A DNA stretch of 64,000 bases from Nannocystis bainbridge (GTDB taxonomy: Bacteria; Myxococcota_A; Polyangia; Nannocystales; Nannocystaceae), in contig NZ_JAQNDL010000001.1 in NCBI RefSeq assembly GCF_028368995.1, forward strand, positions 1,472,001 to 1,536,000, in the 5' to 3' direction. A program made the position numbers and the translations under genes. Under the pieces are notes generated by a model. The model saw only the letters and a list, made by a program, of their open reading frames with translations, was not told the origin of the DNA and searched no databases. Positions 44,601-50,761 of this stretch are shown piece after piece. Every line of letters begins with the position of its first letter. Position 1 is the first letter of the stretch.

Positions 44601-47600
44601 GTGGGCCGAGGGCCGACAGGTCCTCAACTCCTACGGCCCCACCGAGTTCAGCATCTTTGCGGCCCAGGCCTGGTTCGATCCGTCGCGCCCGGAGCGGTTC
44701 TCGATCGGCCGGCCCGTGCACGGCGTTCGAATCCACCTGCTCGATGGCAAGATGCGACAGGTCCCGCTCGGCATGCCCGGCGAGATCCACCTCGCCGGCG
44801 TCGGTCTGGCCCGCGGCTATTTGAATCGCCCTGCCATGACCGCCGAGCGGTTCGTGCCGGATCCCTTCTCGAACCAGCCCGGCGCCCGCATGTATTGCAC
44901 CGGCGACCTCGCGCGCTGGAACGAGGACGGCGAGCTCGAGTTCCTCGGCCGCGTCGATCATCAGGTCAAGATCCGCGGCTTCCGCGTCGAGCTCGGCGAG
45001 GTCGAGGCGGCGCTCGCGTCTCATCCCGCGGTCGGATCGGCCGTCGTCGTCGCGCGCGAGGACTCGCCAGGGAGCATGCGCCTCGTCGCTTATGTCGTGG
45101 CGAAGCAAGACGACCTTACGCCAGCTTCGCTGCGTGAGCACCTGCGGAGCGACCTGCCCGACTACATGCTCCCGTCGGCGTTCGTCTTCCTCGACGCCCT
45201 GCCGCTGAGCACCAACGGCAAGGTCGACCGCAAGGCCCTGCCCTCTCCCGAGGCGATGCGTGGCGCCGACGAAGCCTTTGTCGCCCCGCGCAACGACGTC
45301 GAGCGCGCCCTCGTGGCCATCTGGGAACAGCTGCTCGAGGTGCGCCCCATCGGCATCGACGACGACTTCTTCGCGCTCGGCGGCCACTCGCTGCTGGCGG
45401 TGCGCGTCGCGTCGGCAGTCAAGACGAGGCTCGGGCTCGGGCTGACGCTCGCCACCTTGCTGCGACGGCCGACGATCGCGGCCCTGGCGGCGTCGCTCGT
45501 CGAGATGGAGACGCGGCCCGGACCCGCGCTCTCACCTTCCCCGCGCGGCGCGGCCGCTCCCGCATACAGCGGCCTCTCGGGGACCGAGCGGCGGATCTGG
45601 TTCGTCGACAAGCTCGCGCCCAAGGCCCGGTCGTACCAGGTCCCGCACGTGTTCGTCGTCCGTGGCGCGCTCTCGCTGCCGGCGCTGCGTCACAGCGTGG
45701 AGCGGCTGGCAGAGCAGCAGGAGATCCTTCGCACCACCTATCCCGAGATCGACGGCGTGCTGATGCGAAGGGTGGCGGACAGCGCCTCGATCCCGCTGCG
45801 CATCGAGGACGTCTCGACGCTGCCCGAGGCAATCCGAGAAGCCGCCTTGCGCGCCCACCTCGAGTCCGAGATCGGGACCCGCTTCGATCTCGCTACCGGC
45901 CCGCTGACGCGCGCACTGGTCGTGAGCCTGGGAGCCGAGCACCACGTCGTGCTCGTCATTCAGCACCACATCATCACCGACGAGTGGTCCAGCGGCGTGC
46001 TGCTGTCCGAGCTCTCACGCCTTTACGAGGCGTGCTGCCGCGGCGAAGCGGCGGAGTCGCCGGCGCTCGCCTACCAGTTCGCCGACTATGCCCGCGCCGA
46101 GCAGGAGGCGCTCACGACCGGCGGCTTCGCGGCGTCGCGGACCTACTGGAAAAACCAACTGGCGAACGTGCCGCGGCTGGAGCTGCCCATCGTTCGCGCC
46201 GCTCCGGCGCGCGGTCCCGGCCTCGAAGCGAGCGCCGCGCTGCGGATCCCGCTGGCGGTGAGCCGCGGGCTGCAGGCGCTCGCGCGGGCCCACGGCTGCA
46301 CGCTTTTCATGGCCTGGTATGCCGCCTTCGCGGCGGTGCTGTCGCGGTACAGCGGCCAGCAGGACTTCGGGCTCGGCGCCGTGATCGCAAACCGCGAGGT
46401 GCCGGGCGCGGCCGAATTGCTGGGGTTCTTCACCAACACGGTGGTGCTGCGCACCGACCTCGCGGGCGATCCCTCGTTCGCCGAGCTGCTCGCGCGGGCG
46501 CGGCGGACCGCGCTCGAGTCCTACGAGCACCAGGCGCTGCCGTTCGACGTCGTCGTGCAAGATCAGGGGCTGGCGCGCCAGGCCGGCGAGAGCCCGCTGT
46601 TCGACGTGACCTTCTTCGAGGTGACGCCGCCGACGACGAGCGCCGGGGCCGGTTGGTCGCCGCTCGTCGAAGCGATGCCGACCGGCCTGGTGACCGCGAA
46701 GCAAGCGCTGGCGCTCGGGGTGCTTCACGACGCGGAGGGGACCGAGGTCTCCCTGGCCTACGACACGACCCGCGTCGACGCCGGCGCGGTCGAGCGGCTC
46801 GCCAGGCACCTGCAGGCGCTGGTGCAGGACGGGGTGCTTCACCCGGACAAGCGCCTGTCGCAGCTGGACCTGCTGACGGCGGCGGAGCACACGGAGCTCG
46901 CGGCGTGGAACGACACGACGGCGGCCTATCCCGCCGAGAGCTGCGTGCACGAGCTGTTCGCGGCGCAAGCCAGGCGCACGCCGGCCGCCGTGGCGCTGGT
47001 GTTCGGCGCGCAGCAGCTGACCTACCAGGAGCTCGACGAGCGCTCGAACCAGCTGGCTCATCACCTGCGCGGCCTGGGCGTCGGTCCGGAGGTGCTGGTG
47101 GCGCTGTGCGTCGAGCGGTCGCTCGAGATGGTCGTGGGGCTGCTCGGGATCCTCAAGGCGGGCGGGGCCTATGTGCCGCTCGACCCGAGCTATCCGCGCG
47201 AGCGGCTGGCCTTCATGCTGACGGACGCAAGGCCCGCCGTGCTGCTCACGCAGGCGCGCCTGCGTGACAGCCTCCCGCCGCACGAGGTCGTGACCGTGCA
47301 CCTCGACGCGGGCGCGCCCGCGTGGAAACAGCCGCGCACGCCCCACGCGGTCGCCGTGGGGCCGGACCACCCGAGCTACGTGCTCTACACGTCGGGTTCG
47401 ACGGGGCGGCCCAAGGGCGTCCAGATCCTTCACGCGGCGCTGACGAACCTGCTGCACGCGTTCGCCGAGCAGACGGCGATCGGGCCCCAGGACGCGCTGC
47501 TGGCCGTGACCTCGATGTCGTTCGACATCGCCGGGCTCGAGCTCTTCATGCCCCTGATCCGGGGGGCCGCGATCCACCTGGTGTCCCGCGACGACGCGAG

Positions 47601-50016
47601 CGACGGCGAAGCGCTGGTGAGCGCCCTCGATCGCGCGACGATGATGCAGGCGACGCCGGCCACGTGGCGCATGGTGCTGGACGCCGGCTGGAAAGGTGAG
47701 CGGCCGCTGCAGGTGCTGTGCGGCGGCGAGGCGATGACGCCAGATCTGGCGCTCGAGCTGACGCGCAGGGCATCCCGGGTGTGGAACGCGTATGGCCCGA
47801 CCGAGACGACGATCTGGTCCGCGCTGTCGCGCGTCGACGCGGGCCCCAGCCCCGTGCGGCTCGGGCGAGGGATCGCCAATACGCAGCTCCACGTGGTCGA
47901 CAAAGATCTGAGACAGACGCCGGTGGGCGTCCCGGGCGAGCTTTACATCGGCGGGACCGGGCTCGCGCGCGGGTACCTGGGGCGGCCTGAATTGACCGCG
48001 GAGCGCTTCGTGCCGGACCCGTTCTCCGCGGTGCCCGGGGCGCGGATGTATCGCACGGGCGACCTCGTGCGCTGGGACGCGAACGGACAGCTCGAGTTCC
48101 TCGGGCGCATCGATCACCAGGTCAAGATCCGCGGCTTCCGCATCGAGCTCGGGGAGATCGAAGCAGTACTGTCGTCGCACCCGTCGGTGCGAGCGTGCGC
48201 CGTGGGCGTGTGGGAGCCCGCGCCCGGTGACAGGCGCCTGGTCGCGCACGTGGTGCCCGGCGAGGGCGCATGCACCGACGACACATTGCGCGAGCACCTC
48301 GGCGCCGCGCTGCCGACATACATGGTCCCCTCGCTGTTCGTGCGGCTCACGGCGCTGCCGCTGAGCCCCAGCGGCAAGGTCGATCGCAAGGCGCTGCCGC
48401 CGCCCGACGCGACGCGCGACGCGGTCGAGACTTCCTGCGTGGCGCCGCGGAGCGAGGCCGAGCGCGTGCTCGCCGAGCTGTGGTCGGCGGTGCTGCAGGT
48501 GTCGCCGCTGGGGATCCACGACAACTTCTTCTCGCTCGGCGGGGACTCGATCCTGGCGCTGCAGGTGATCGGTCGCGCCAAGCGAGCCGGCCTCCATCTC
48601 ACGGCGCGCGACATGTTCACGCATCAGACGGTGGCCGAGCTCGCGCTGGTGGTGCGGCGAGAGAGCGCCGTGCTGGCCGAGCAGGACGCCGTGCACGGGA
48701 CGGTGCCGCTGACGCCGATCCAGCGCTGGTTCCTGGACGCGGATCCCGTCGATGCTCATCACTACTGTCCCGCGATGCGCTGGACGCCGCCTGCCGGGCT
48801 CTCGCCCGAGGTCGCCGCAGAGGCGCTGCGCATCGTCGCGGCCCAGCACGACGCGGTGCGATTGCGATATCGTCGCAGCGAGTCCGGGTGGGTTCAGGAG
48901 CACGAGGCGGGGGCGACCCTCGCGCTCGAGCGGGTCGATCTTTCGGCGGTGGACGGCGAGGCCCGCGACGCCGCCGCGCTCGAGGCGGTGGCGAGGCTGC
49001 AGCGCGCCATGAACCTCTCCAGCGGCCCGATCTGCCGCGCTGCGTGGCTGGACCTGGGCGAGGCGGGCGCGCAGCTGGTGCTCGTCCTGCACCACCTCGT
49101 CACCGACGGCGTGTCGTGGCGCATCGTGTGCGAGGACCTGCAGCGCGCATGCGAGGCGCTGAGCGCCGGACGGACGCCGGAGCTCGGACCCAAGACGACG
49201 TCGCTGCGCCAGTGGTCCGAGCGACTGCACGCGTTCGTCGCCGGCGGCGGCCTGGCGGAGGAGCTCGGGTACTGGCAGGCGCAGTGCGCTCGCCGCATGA
49301 CCGCGATCGTGCGCGACCGCGACGTCGCGCCGGGCAGCTTCGGCGACAGCCGCACCGTGGAGGTGGAGCTCTCGCCGGCGGATACCAGCGCCCTGCTGCG
49401 CGCGGTGGGCTCGGCGCACGGGACGGAGATCGACGCCGTCCTGCTGTCGGCCCTTGCATCGGCGCTGAGCACCGCCTCCGCGACAGACACGGTCTGCGTG
49501 GCGCTGCAGCACCACGGCCGCGAGCCTGTCGTGGCCGACGTGGAAGTGTCCCGCACCGTGGGATGGTTCTCGACGCTGTTCCCGCTGTGGCTGAGCGTGC
49601 AGCCGGACAACGACCCCGCCGTATTGCTGCGCGACGTGCAAGCGCAACTGCGGTCCGTGCCCGGCCGCGGCCTCGGCTACGGCTGGCTGCGCTATGCGCA
49701 TCCGGACGCGAGCGTGCGCGCGTCGCTCTCGGTGCCCATGCCGGTGGTGTTCAACTACCTCGGGCAGTACGAGGCCGGCTCGCCGTGGTCCTTCGCCGGC
49801 ACGGCGCCCTCGAGCATCAGCCCCAACATGGCGCTGTTTCACGAGCTCGTGGTGAGCTGCATCGTGGTGGACGGGCGGCTGCGGCTCGGCTGGAGCTTCA
49901 GCAGCGCCGTCCACGACACCGCGACGATCGAGCGGATCGCAGCCGCGTTCCTGTCGTCGCTACGGCGAATCATCGAATGCGCGCGCGGGCGGAGGGAGGA
50001 CACGTCTTGCAACTGA
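32698..50016 (+). CDS. Five-module NRPS: A-T-C-A-T-E-C-A-T-C-A-T-C-A-T-E*, no TE (start may be 32724 or 32848)
   Basis: Five TSGSTGxPK A domains, T motifs GGHSL/GGDSI, C motifs HHIITDEWS (x3) and HHILADGWS, E domains HHLVVDGVSW/EGHGRE and terminal HHLVTDGVSW/QHHGRE. Confidence 0.97.
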   Translation: MPGHRSGINMSMHDESRDVRGFEPRTEQNVAAQQDAGSPADAGDVLRWAGMADPNSPIGRLPQFASDELRQLAAWNDTAVAYPPARCIHQLFEDQAARTPDAVALVFGDQRLSYHELDERANQLAHHLCGLGVSPEVLVGLCVERSLEMVVGLLAILKAGGAYVPLDPGYPRERLAFMLKDARPAVLLTQAHLRDSLPPHDVAIVQLDEGDWQHQPRTPPAVDVGPDHAIYVIYTSGSTGQPKGVLNTHRGLYNRLRWMQRAYGLKASDAILQKTPLSFDVSGWELWWPLIEGARMVIAAPEGHKDPRYLAAILAAADVTVVHFVPSMLAVFLAATEPRERASLRLVFASGEALPEHLRAAWYAGNRGELHNLYGPTEAAIDVTSHACRPDETGPVPIGKPIDNTRTYVLDAAFRPVPVGVAGELYLSGVQLARGYLHRPGLTAERFVPDPLVPGARMYRTGDLARFRDDGALEFLGRIDHQVKIRGFRIELGEIEAAIAAHPSVRDCVVVAREDATGDKRLVAYVVGKDATASELRERLGATVPEYMVPSAFVFLDALPLNPSGKVDRKALPAPETTRSATETYVAPRTDVERALVAIWEELLEVRPIGVRDDFFLLGGHSLLAFRVLSAIQARFGSAPSLTALLRNPTIEALAVLWDPRAERPAPPISLLPRADGEAPFAGLSGTERRIWFLEKLSPQARSYQIPHVFEVASALCVRALRDSVDALVLRHAILRTTYPEVDGAPRREVADDVSIPIRVEDVSALPAAQRDPALRAMLAAEVESRFDLERGPLTRVLAVTTAADRHVVVVHQHHIITDEWSWGLLLAELSSLYEASRRGQTTALAPLAYQYSDYARAERAALAGDGLAASRAYWKQALVEVPRLDLSIVAPAAGAVSGPEGFVSLRLSPEASRQLQALAHESAATPFMAWYAALAAVLSRYSGQQDFGLGAVVANRQIAGTEGMLGFFTNTVVLRTDLAGDPTFAELLARARRTALDAYEHQALPFDVVVQDQGLARQAGENPLFDVTFFEVTPPTTGAAAGWSPRLGAVPEGVTTAKNALAVSVQHTAEGTVVEVLYDTTRVSRIAAERLCGHLSTLVTDAAAHPDRRVSELELLTDEEIEKLAAWNDSPPTDPAARCIHELIAEQAVRAPQAVALEQDGQPLSYGEFEAQVNRLAHHLRALGVGPEVRVALCVQRSFDMVIGLVAILKAGGAFVPLDPSYPPDRLSLLLAEAGAPVLLTHAAIEGRLATPNVTVVRLDVDAAQWASLPTTPPASGVTLDHANYVVFTSGSTGKPKPVINEHRGLAARVAFQRRHIAVHPGDRILFSAAIAFDGAIVDWMLSLCNGATCVLPSNALDAVEGIAECLEHRAITFSFIPPAMLRVLRCRAPALRHITLAGDKTSPALVAQWAEGRQVLNSYGPTEFSIFAAQAWFDPSRPERFSIGRPVHGVRIHLLDGKMRQVPIGMPGEIHLAGVGLARGYLNRPAMTAERFLPDPFASQPGARMYCTGDLARWNEDGELEFLGRVDHQVKIRGFRVELGEVEAALASHPAVASSVVVAREDSPGSTRLVAYVVAKHEALTAASLREHLRGDLPDYMLPSAFVFLDALPLSNNGKIDRKALPAPEAMRGADEAFVAPRTAAERALAEVWSEVLRIAAVGLHDNFFALGGDSILAIQVVGRAKRAGLHVTVRDMFMHQTVAELVQVARSSSAAVAEQAVTGTAALTPSQQWFFSKNPEEAHHFNQAWMWTPSPALSPALVAEALQVVLRQHDALRLRYDHSESGWVQIHAEDAALPLARIDLSALPPDVRRAAVEASADDLQGSLSLSAGPVARAAWLDLGEQGTRLLLVVHHLVVDGVSWRILHEDLERVCEALLAGRTPALAAKTTSFRQWSERLHTFVAAGGLSQELDFWRAQCARGITPLPRDREAAPGTVGDSRTVDVELSEAETRALLHDVSAAYRTEINDVLLSALAAALSKFCDTDTVCVTLEGHGREALIEDVEVSRTVGWFTSMFPVWLTVPATDDPGTLLKGIKEQLRSVPNRGVGYGWLRYAHSDEAVRAALSVDPPVVFNYLGQFDMGTQGRSMFAPAAEPTGRTTSSRMALWHALAVNGGVWQGRLRFEWTYSAAIHDEATVARLAARFVASLRRIIDHCAAGEAFGYTPSDFPLARIEQPALDGLFGAMRDVESVYPLSPLQAGLLFHALNEPESPTYTVQLALQLGGDVDATALESAWKTVLARHAVYRTAFLWQGVPEPLQVVRRSVEFAMPTHDWSSLEVAEAEARWEALRREERAAGFDLGRAPLARVVLVRLPGGRTWMLKTTHHILADGWSMPVVLGELQAAYAANRGGRRLALPEPVAYERYIAWLATRDQAASSAFFAAYLAGVEEPTRLPFPPPAQAPAEATREHEQRDASLTAAETEALTAFARRHGLTLNTVVQGALAQLLGRTTGRTDVVFGVTTSGRSAPLRGIERMVGLFINTLPLRARWSGSEIVLEWLQRLQAEQVELRVHEATPLYEVQRASAVGGGRALFDTLLVFENYPVDEAAQQAEALPIVDFQAFEQTSYPLAITVAVGTTLDLRWMWEPAALRGEDIEQLWGHLRTVLLDMVAHPGRRLSELGLLTEAEHATLAAWNDTVVAYPPARCIHALFEEQAARTPDAVALVFGDQRLSYRELDERANQLAHHLCGLGVSPEVLVGLCVERSLEMVVGLLAILKAGGAYVPLDPGYPRERLAFMLKDARPAVLLTQARLRDSLPPHDVATVQLDEGDWQRQPRTSPAVDVGPDHAIYVIYTSGSTGQPKGVLNTHRGLYNRLRWMQRAYALKASDAILQKTPLSFDVSGWELWWPLIEGARMVIAAPEGHKDPRYLAAVLAAADVTVVHFVPSMLAVFLAATEPRERASLRLVFASGEALPEHLRAAWYAGNRGELHNLYGPTEAAIDVTRHACRPDETGPVPIGKPIDNTRTYVLDAAFRPVPVGVAGELYLSGVQLARGYLHRPGLTAERFVPDPLVRGARMYRTGDLARFRDDGALEFLGRIDHQVKIRGFRIELGEIEAAIAAHPSVRDCVVVAREDATGDKRLVAYVVGDQAIVSELRERLGATVPEYMVPSAFVFLDALPLNPSGKVDRKALPAPDASRGPAETFTAPRTDVERALVAIWEELLEVRPIGVRDDFFALGGHSLLAVRVVSAVKARLGFGLTLATLLRRPTIAALAASLAGIETQPGPALSPAPRGAAEPAYDGLSGTERRIWFVDKLAPEARSYQVPHVFVVRGALSLPALRQSVERLAERQEILRTTYPEVDGALMRRVADSVAIPLRVEDVSALSDSAREVALRAHLEAEIAVPFDLATGPLTRALVVSLAAEHHVVLVLQHHIITDEWSSGVLLSELSRLYEACCRGEAAELPALAYQFADYARAEQAALTTGGFAASRAYWKHQLAGVPRLELPIVRTGPERGPEASVTLGVPPAASRALQALARDHGCTPFMAWYAALTAVLSRYSGQTDFGLGAVIANREVAGTADLLGFFTNTVALRTDLAGDPSFAELLARARRTALDAYEHQALPFDVVVQEQGLARQAGENPLFDVTFFEVTPAKGDAAAGWSPISGPVPRGVTTAKNALAVSVQHTAEGTVVEVLYDTTRVSRVAAERLCGHLSTLVTDAAAHPNRRVSELDLLTDEETEKLAAWNDTPRTDPAARCIHELIAEQAVRAPQAVALEQDGQPLSYGEFEAQVNRLAHHLRALGVGPEVRVVLCVERSFDMVIGLVAILKAGGAFVPLDPSYPSDRLSLLLAEAGAPVLLTHAAIEDRLATPNVKVVRLDVDAAQWASQPSTPPASGVTLDHANYVVFTSGSTGKPKPVVNEHRGLAARVAFQRRHIVVHPGDRILFSAAIAFDGAIVDWMLSLCNGATCVLPSNALDAVEGIAECLEHRAITFSFIPPAMLRVLRCRAPALRHITLAGDKTSPSLVAQWAEGRQVLNSYGPTEFSIFAAQAWFDPSRPERFSIGRPVHGVRIHLLDGKMRQVPLGMPGEIHLAGVGLARGYLNRPAMTAERFVPDPFSNQPGARMYCTGDLARWNEDGELEFLGRVDHQVKIRGFRVELGEVEAALASHPAVGSAVVVAREDSPGSMRLVAYVVAKQDDLTPASLREHLRSDLPDYMLPSAFVFLDALPLSTNGKVDRKALPSPEAMRGADEAFVAPRNDVERALVAIWEQLLEVRPIGIDDDFFALGGHSLLAVRVASAVKTRLGLGLTLATLLRRPTIAALAASLVEMETRPGPALSPSPRGAAAPAYSGLSGTERRIWFVDKLAPKARSYQVPHVFVVRGALSLPALRHSVERLAEQQEILRTTYPEIDGVLMRRVADSASIPLRIEDVSTLPEAIREAALRAHLESEIGTRFDLATGPLTRALVVSLGAEHHVVLVIQHHIITDEWSSGVLLSELSRLYEACCRGEAAESPALAYQFADYARAEQEALTTGGFAASRTYWKNQLANVPRLELPIVRAAPARGPGLEASAALRIPLAVSRGLQALARAHGCTLFMAWYAAFAAVLSRYSGQQDFGLGAVIANREVPGAAELLGFFTNTVVLRTDLAGDPSFAELLARARRTALESYEHQALPFDVVVQDQGLARQAGESPLFDVTFFEVTPPTTSAGAGWSPLVEAMPTGLVTAKQALALGVLHDAEGTEVSLAYDTTRVDAGAVERLARHLQALVQDGVLHPDKRLSQLDLLTAAEHTELAAWNDTTAAYPAESCVHELFAAQARRTPAAVALVFGAQQLTYQELDERSNQLAHHLRGLGVGPEVLVALCVERSLEMVVGLLGILKAGGAYVPLDPSYPRERLAFMLTDARPAVLLTQARLRDSLPPHEVVTVHLDAGAPAWKQPRTPHAVAVGPDHPSYVLYTSGSTGRPKGVQILHAALTNLLHAFAEQTAIGPQDALLAVTSMSFDIAGLELFMPLIRGAAIHLVSRDDASDGEALVSALDRATMMQATPATWRMVLDAGWKGERPLQVLCGGEAMTPDLALELTRRASRVWNAYGPTETTIWSALSRVDAGPSPVRLGRGIANTQLHVVDKDLRQTPVGVPGELYIGGTGLARGYLGRPELTAERFVPDPFSAVPGARMYRTGDLVRWDANGQLEFLGRIDHQVKIRGFRIELGEIEAVLSSHPSVRACAVGVWEPAPGDRRLVAHVVPGEGACTDDTLREHLGAALPTYMVPSLFVRLTALPLSPSGKVDRKALPPPDATRDAVETSCVAPRSEAERVLAELWSAVLQVSPLGIHDNFFSLGGDSILALQVIGRAKRAGLHLTARDMFTHQTVAELALVVRRESAVLAEQDAVHGTVPLTPIQRWFLDADPVDAHHYCPAMRWTPPAGLSPEVAAEALRIVAAQHDAVRLRYRRSESGWVQEHEAGATLALERVDLSAVDGEARDAAALEAVARLQRAMNLSSGPICRAAWLDLGEAGAQLVLVLHHLVTDGVSWRIVCEDLQRACEALSAGRTPELGPKTTSLRQWSERLHAFVAGGGLAEELGYWQAQCARRMTAIVRDRDVAPGSFGDSRTVEVELSPADTSALLRAVGSAHGTEIDAVLLSALASALSTASATDTVCVALQHHGREPVVADVEVSRTVGWFSTLFPLWLSVQPDNDPAVLLRDVQAQLRSVPGRGLGYGWLRYAHPDASVRASLSVPMPVVFNYLGQYEAGSPWSFAGTAPSSISPNMALFHELVVSCIVVDGRLRLGWSFSSAVHDTATIERIAAAFLSSLRRIIECARGRREDTSCN

Positions 50017-50726
50017 CAGATCCATCACAAGCTCGGCTGCTGTGCGCCGAGCAGCTCGACGAGCAGAGCGCCGGTCTGCCGGCAGCGACGCGCGCGCAGC
50101 TGCTGGAGGTGCGGACGTGGCTCAAGACGTTCATCTCCAGACCGAACCCGATCATCGGTCGCAAGGGGTCCGTGTGTCCCTTCGTCGAGCCCGGCCTGAA
50201 CCGCTTCCGATCGATCCGCTTTCACGTGTACGACGGAGAGCTCCACCCCGCAGCCGTGGAGTCGGTGATGCGCGCGCTGGTGGCACGCTTTCCCACCGAG
50301 CTCCCGATCGCCGGCGTGGGTCGAGAGTTCCGCGCCATCCTTACCCTGTTCCCCGGGCTGCCGAACGACGCGGGGCCGCGGTTCATCGACCCCGTGCAAC
50401 AGGCGCTCAAGCCCGAGATCACCGCGCAGGGTCTGATGATCGGCCAGTTCTATCCCGGCTGCCACGAGCCCGGTTTGCACAACCCGGACTACCGCCCGCT
50501 CGAAGCACCGCACCCGATGCTGGTGATTCGCCCGATGCAGCTCACCGATCTGATGTTCCTGTTCTCCCGCCCGGAGTACCTGTCGGCCTACGTGCGGAGG
50601 TTCGGCGTCACCGCCCGCGACGAGCTCACGGCGCGCATCGCCGCCGCCGGCGTCCCGCAGCTGCCGGTGAACTGGGAGGCGGTGCTCGACGCAGCGTTCC
50701 CACCGAGCCAGGCGGAGCTGCGATGA
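50007..50726 (+). CDS. Uncharacterised protein with GRxGxVCPF motif (DUF6875-like), probable tailoring protein
   Basis: TTG start after GGAGGA overlapping the NRPS stop; W...F..RP...GRKGSVCPFV and GLMIGQFYP...PGLHN..P..MLVIRPM. Confidence 0.7.
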   Translation: MQLTDPSQARLLCAEQLDEQSAGLPAATRAQLLEVRTWLKTFISRPNPIIGRKGSVCPFVEPGLNRFRSIRFHVYDGELHPAAVESVMRALVARFPTELPIAGVGREFRAILTLFPGLPNDAGPRFIDPVQQALKPEITAQGLMIGQFYPGCHEPGLHNPDYRPLEAPHPMLVIRPMQLTDLMFLFSRPEYLSAYVRRFGVTARDELTARIAAAGVPQLPVNWEAVLDAAFPPSQAELR

Positions 50727-50761
50727 GCACCGCGCGCCCGGCCTCGATCATCCCGAGCAGG

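Noticed and set aside
36505-49914. Very long antisense ORFs (1911 aa, 1299 aa) opposite the NRPS
   Set aside because: Shadow ORFs expected from GC-rich codon bias; no domain motifs.
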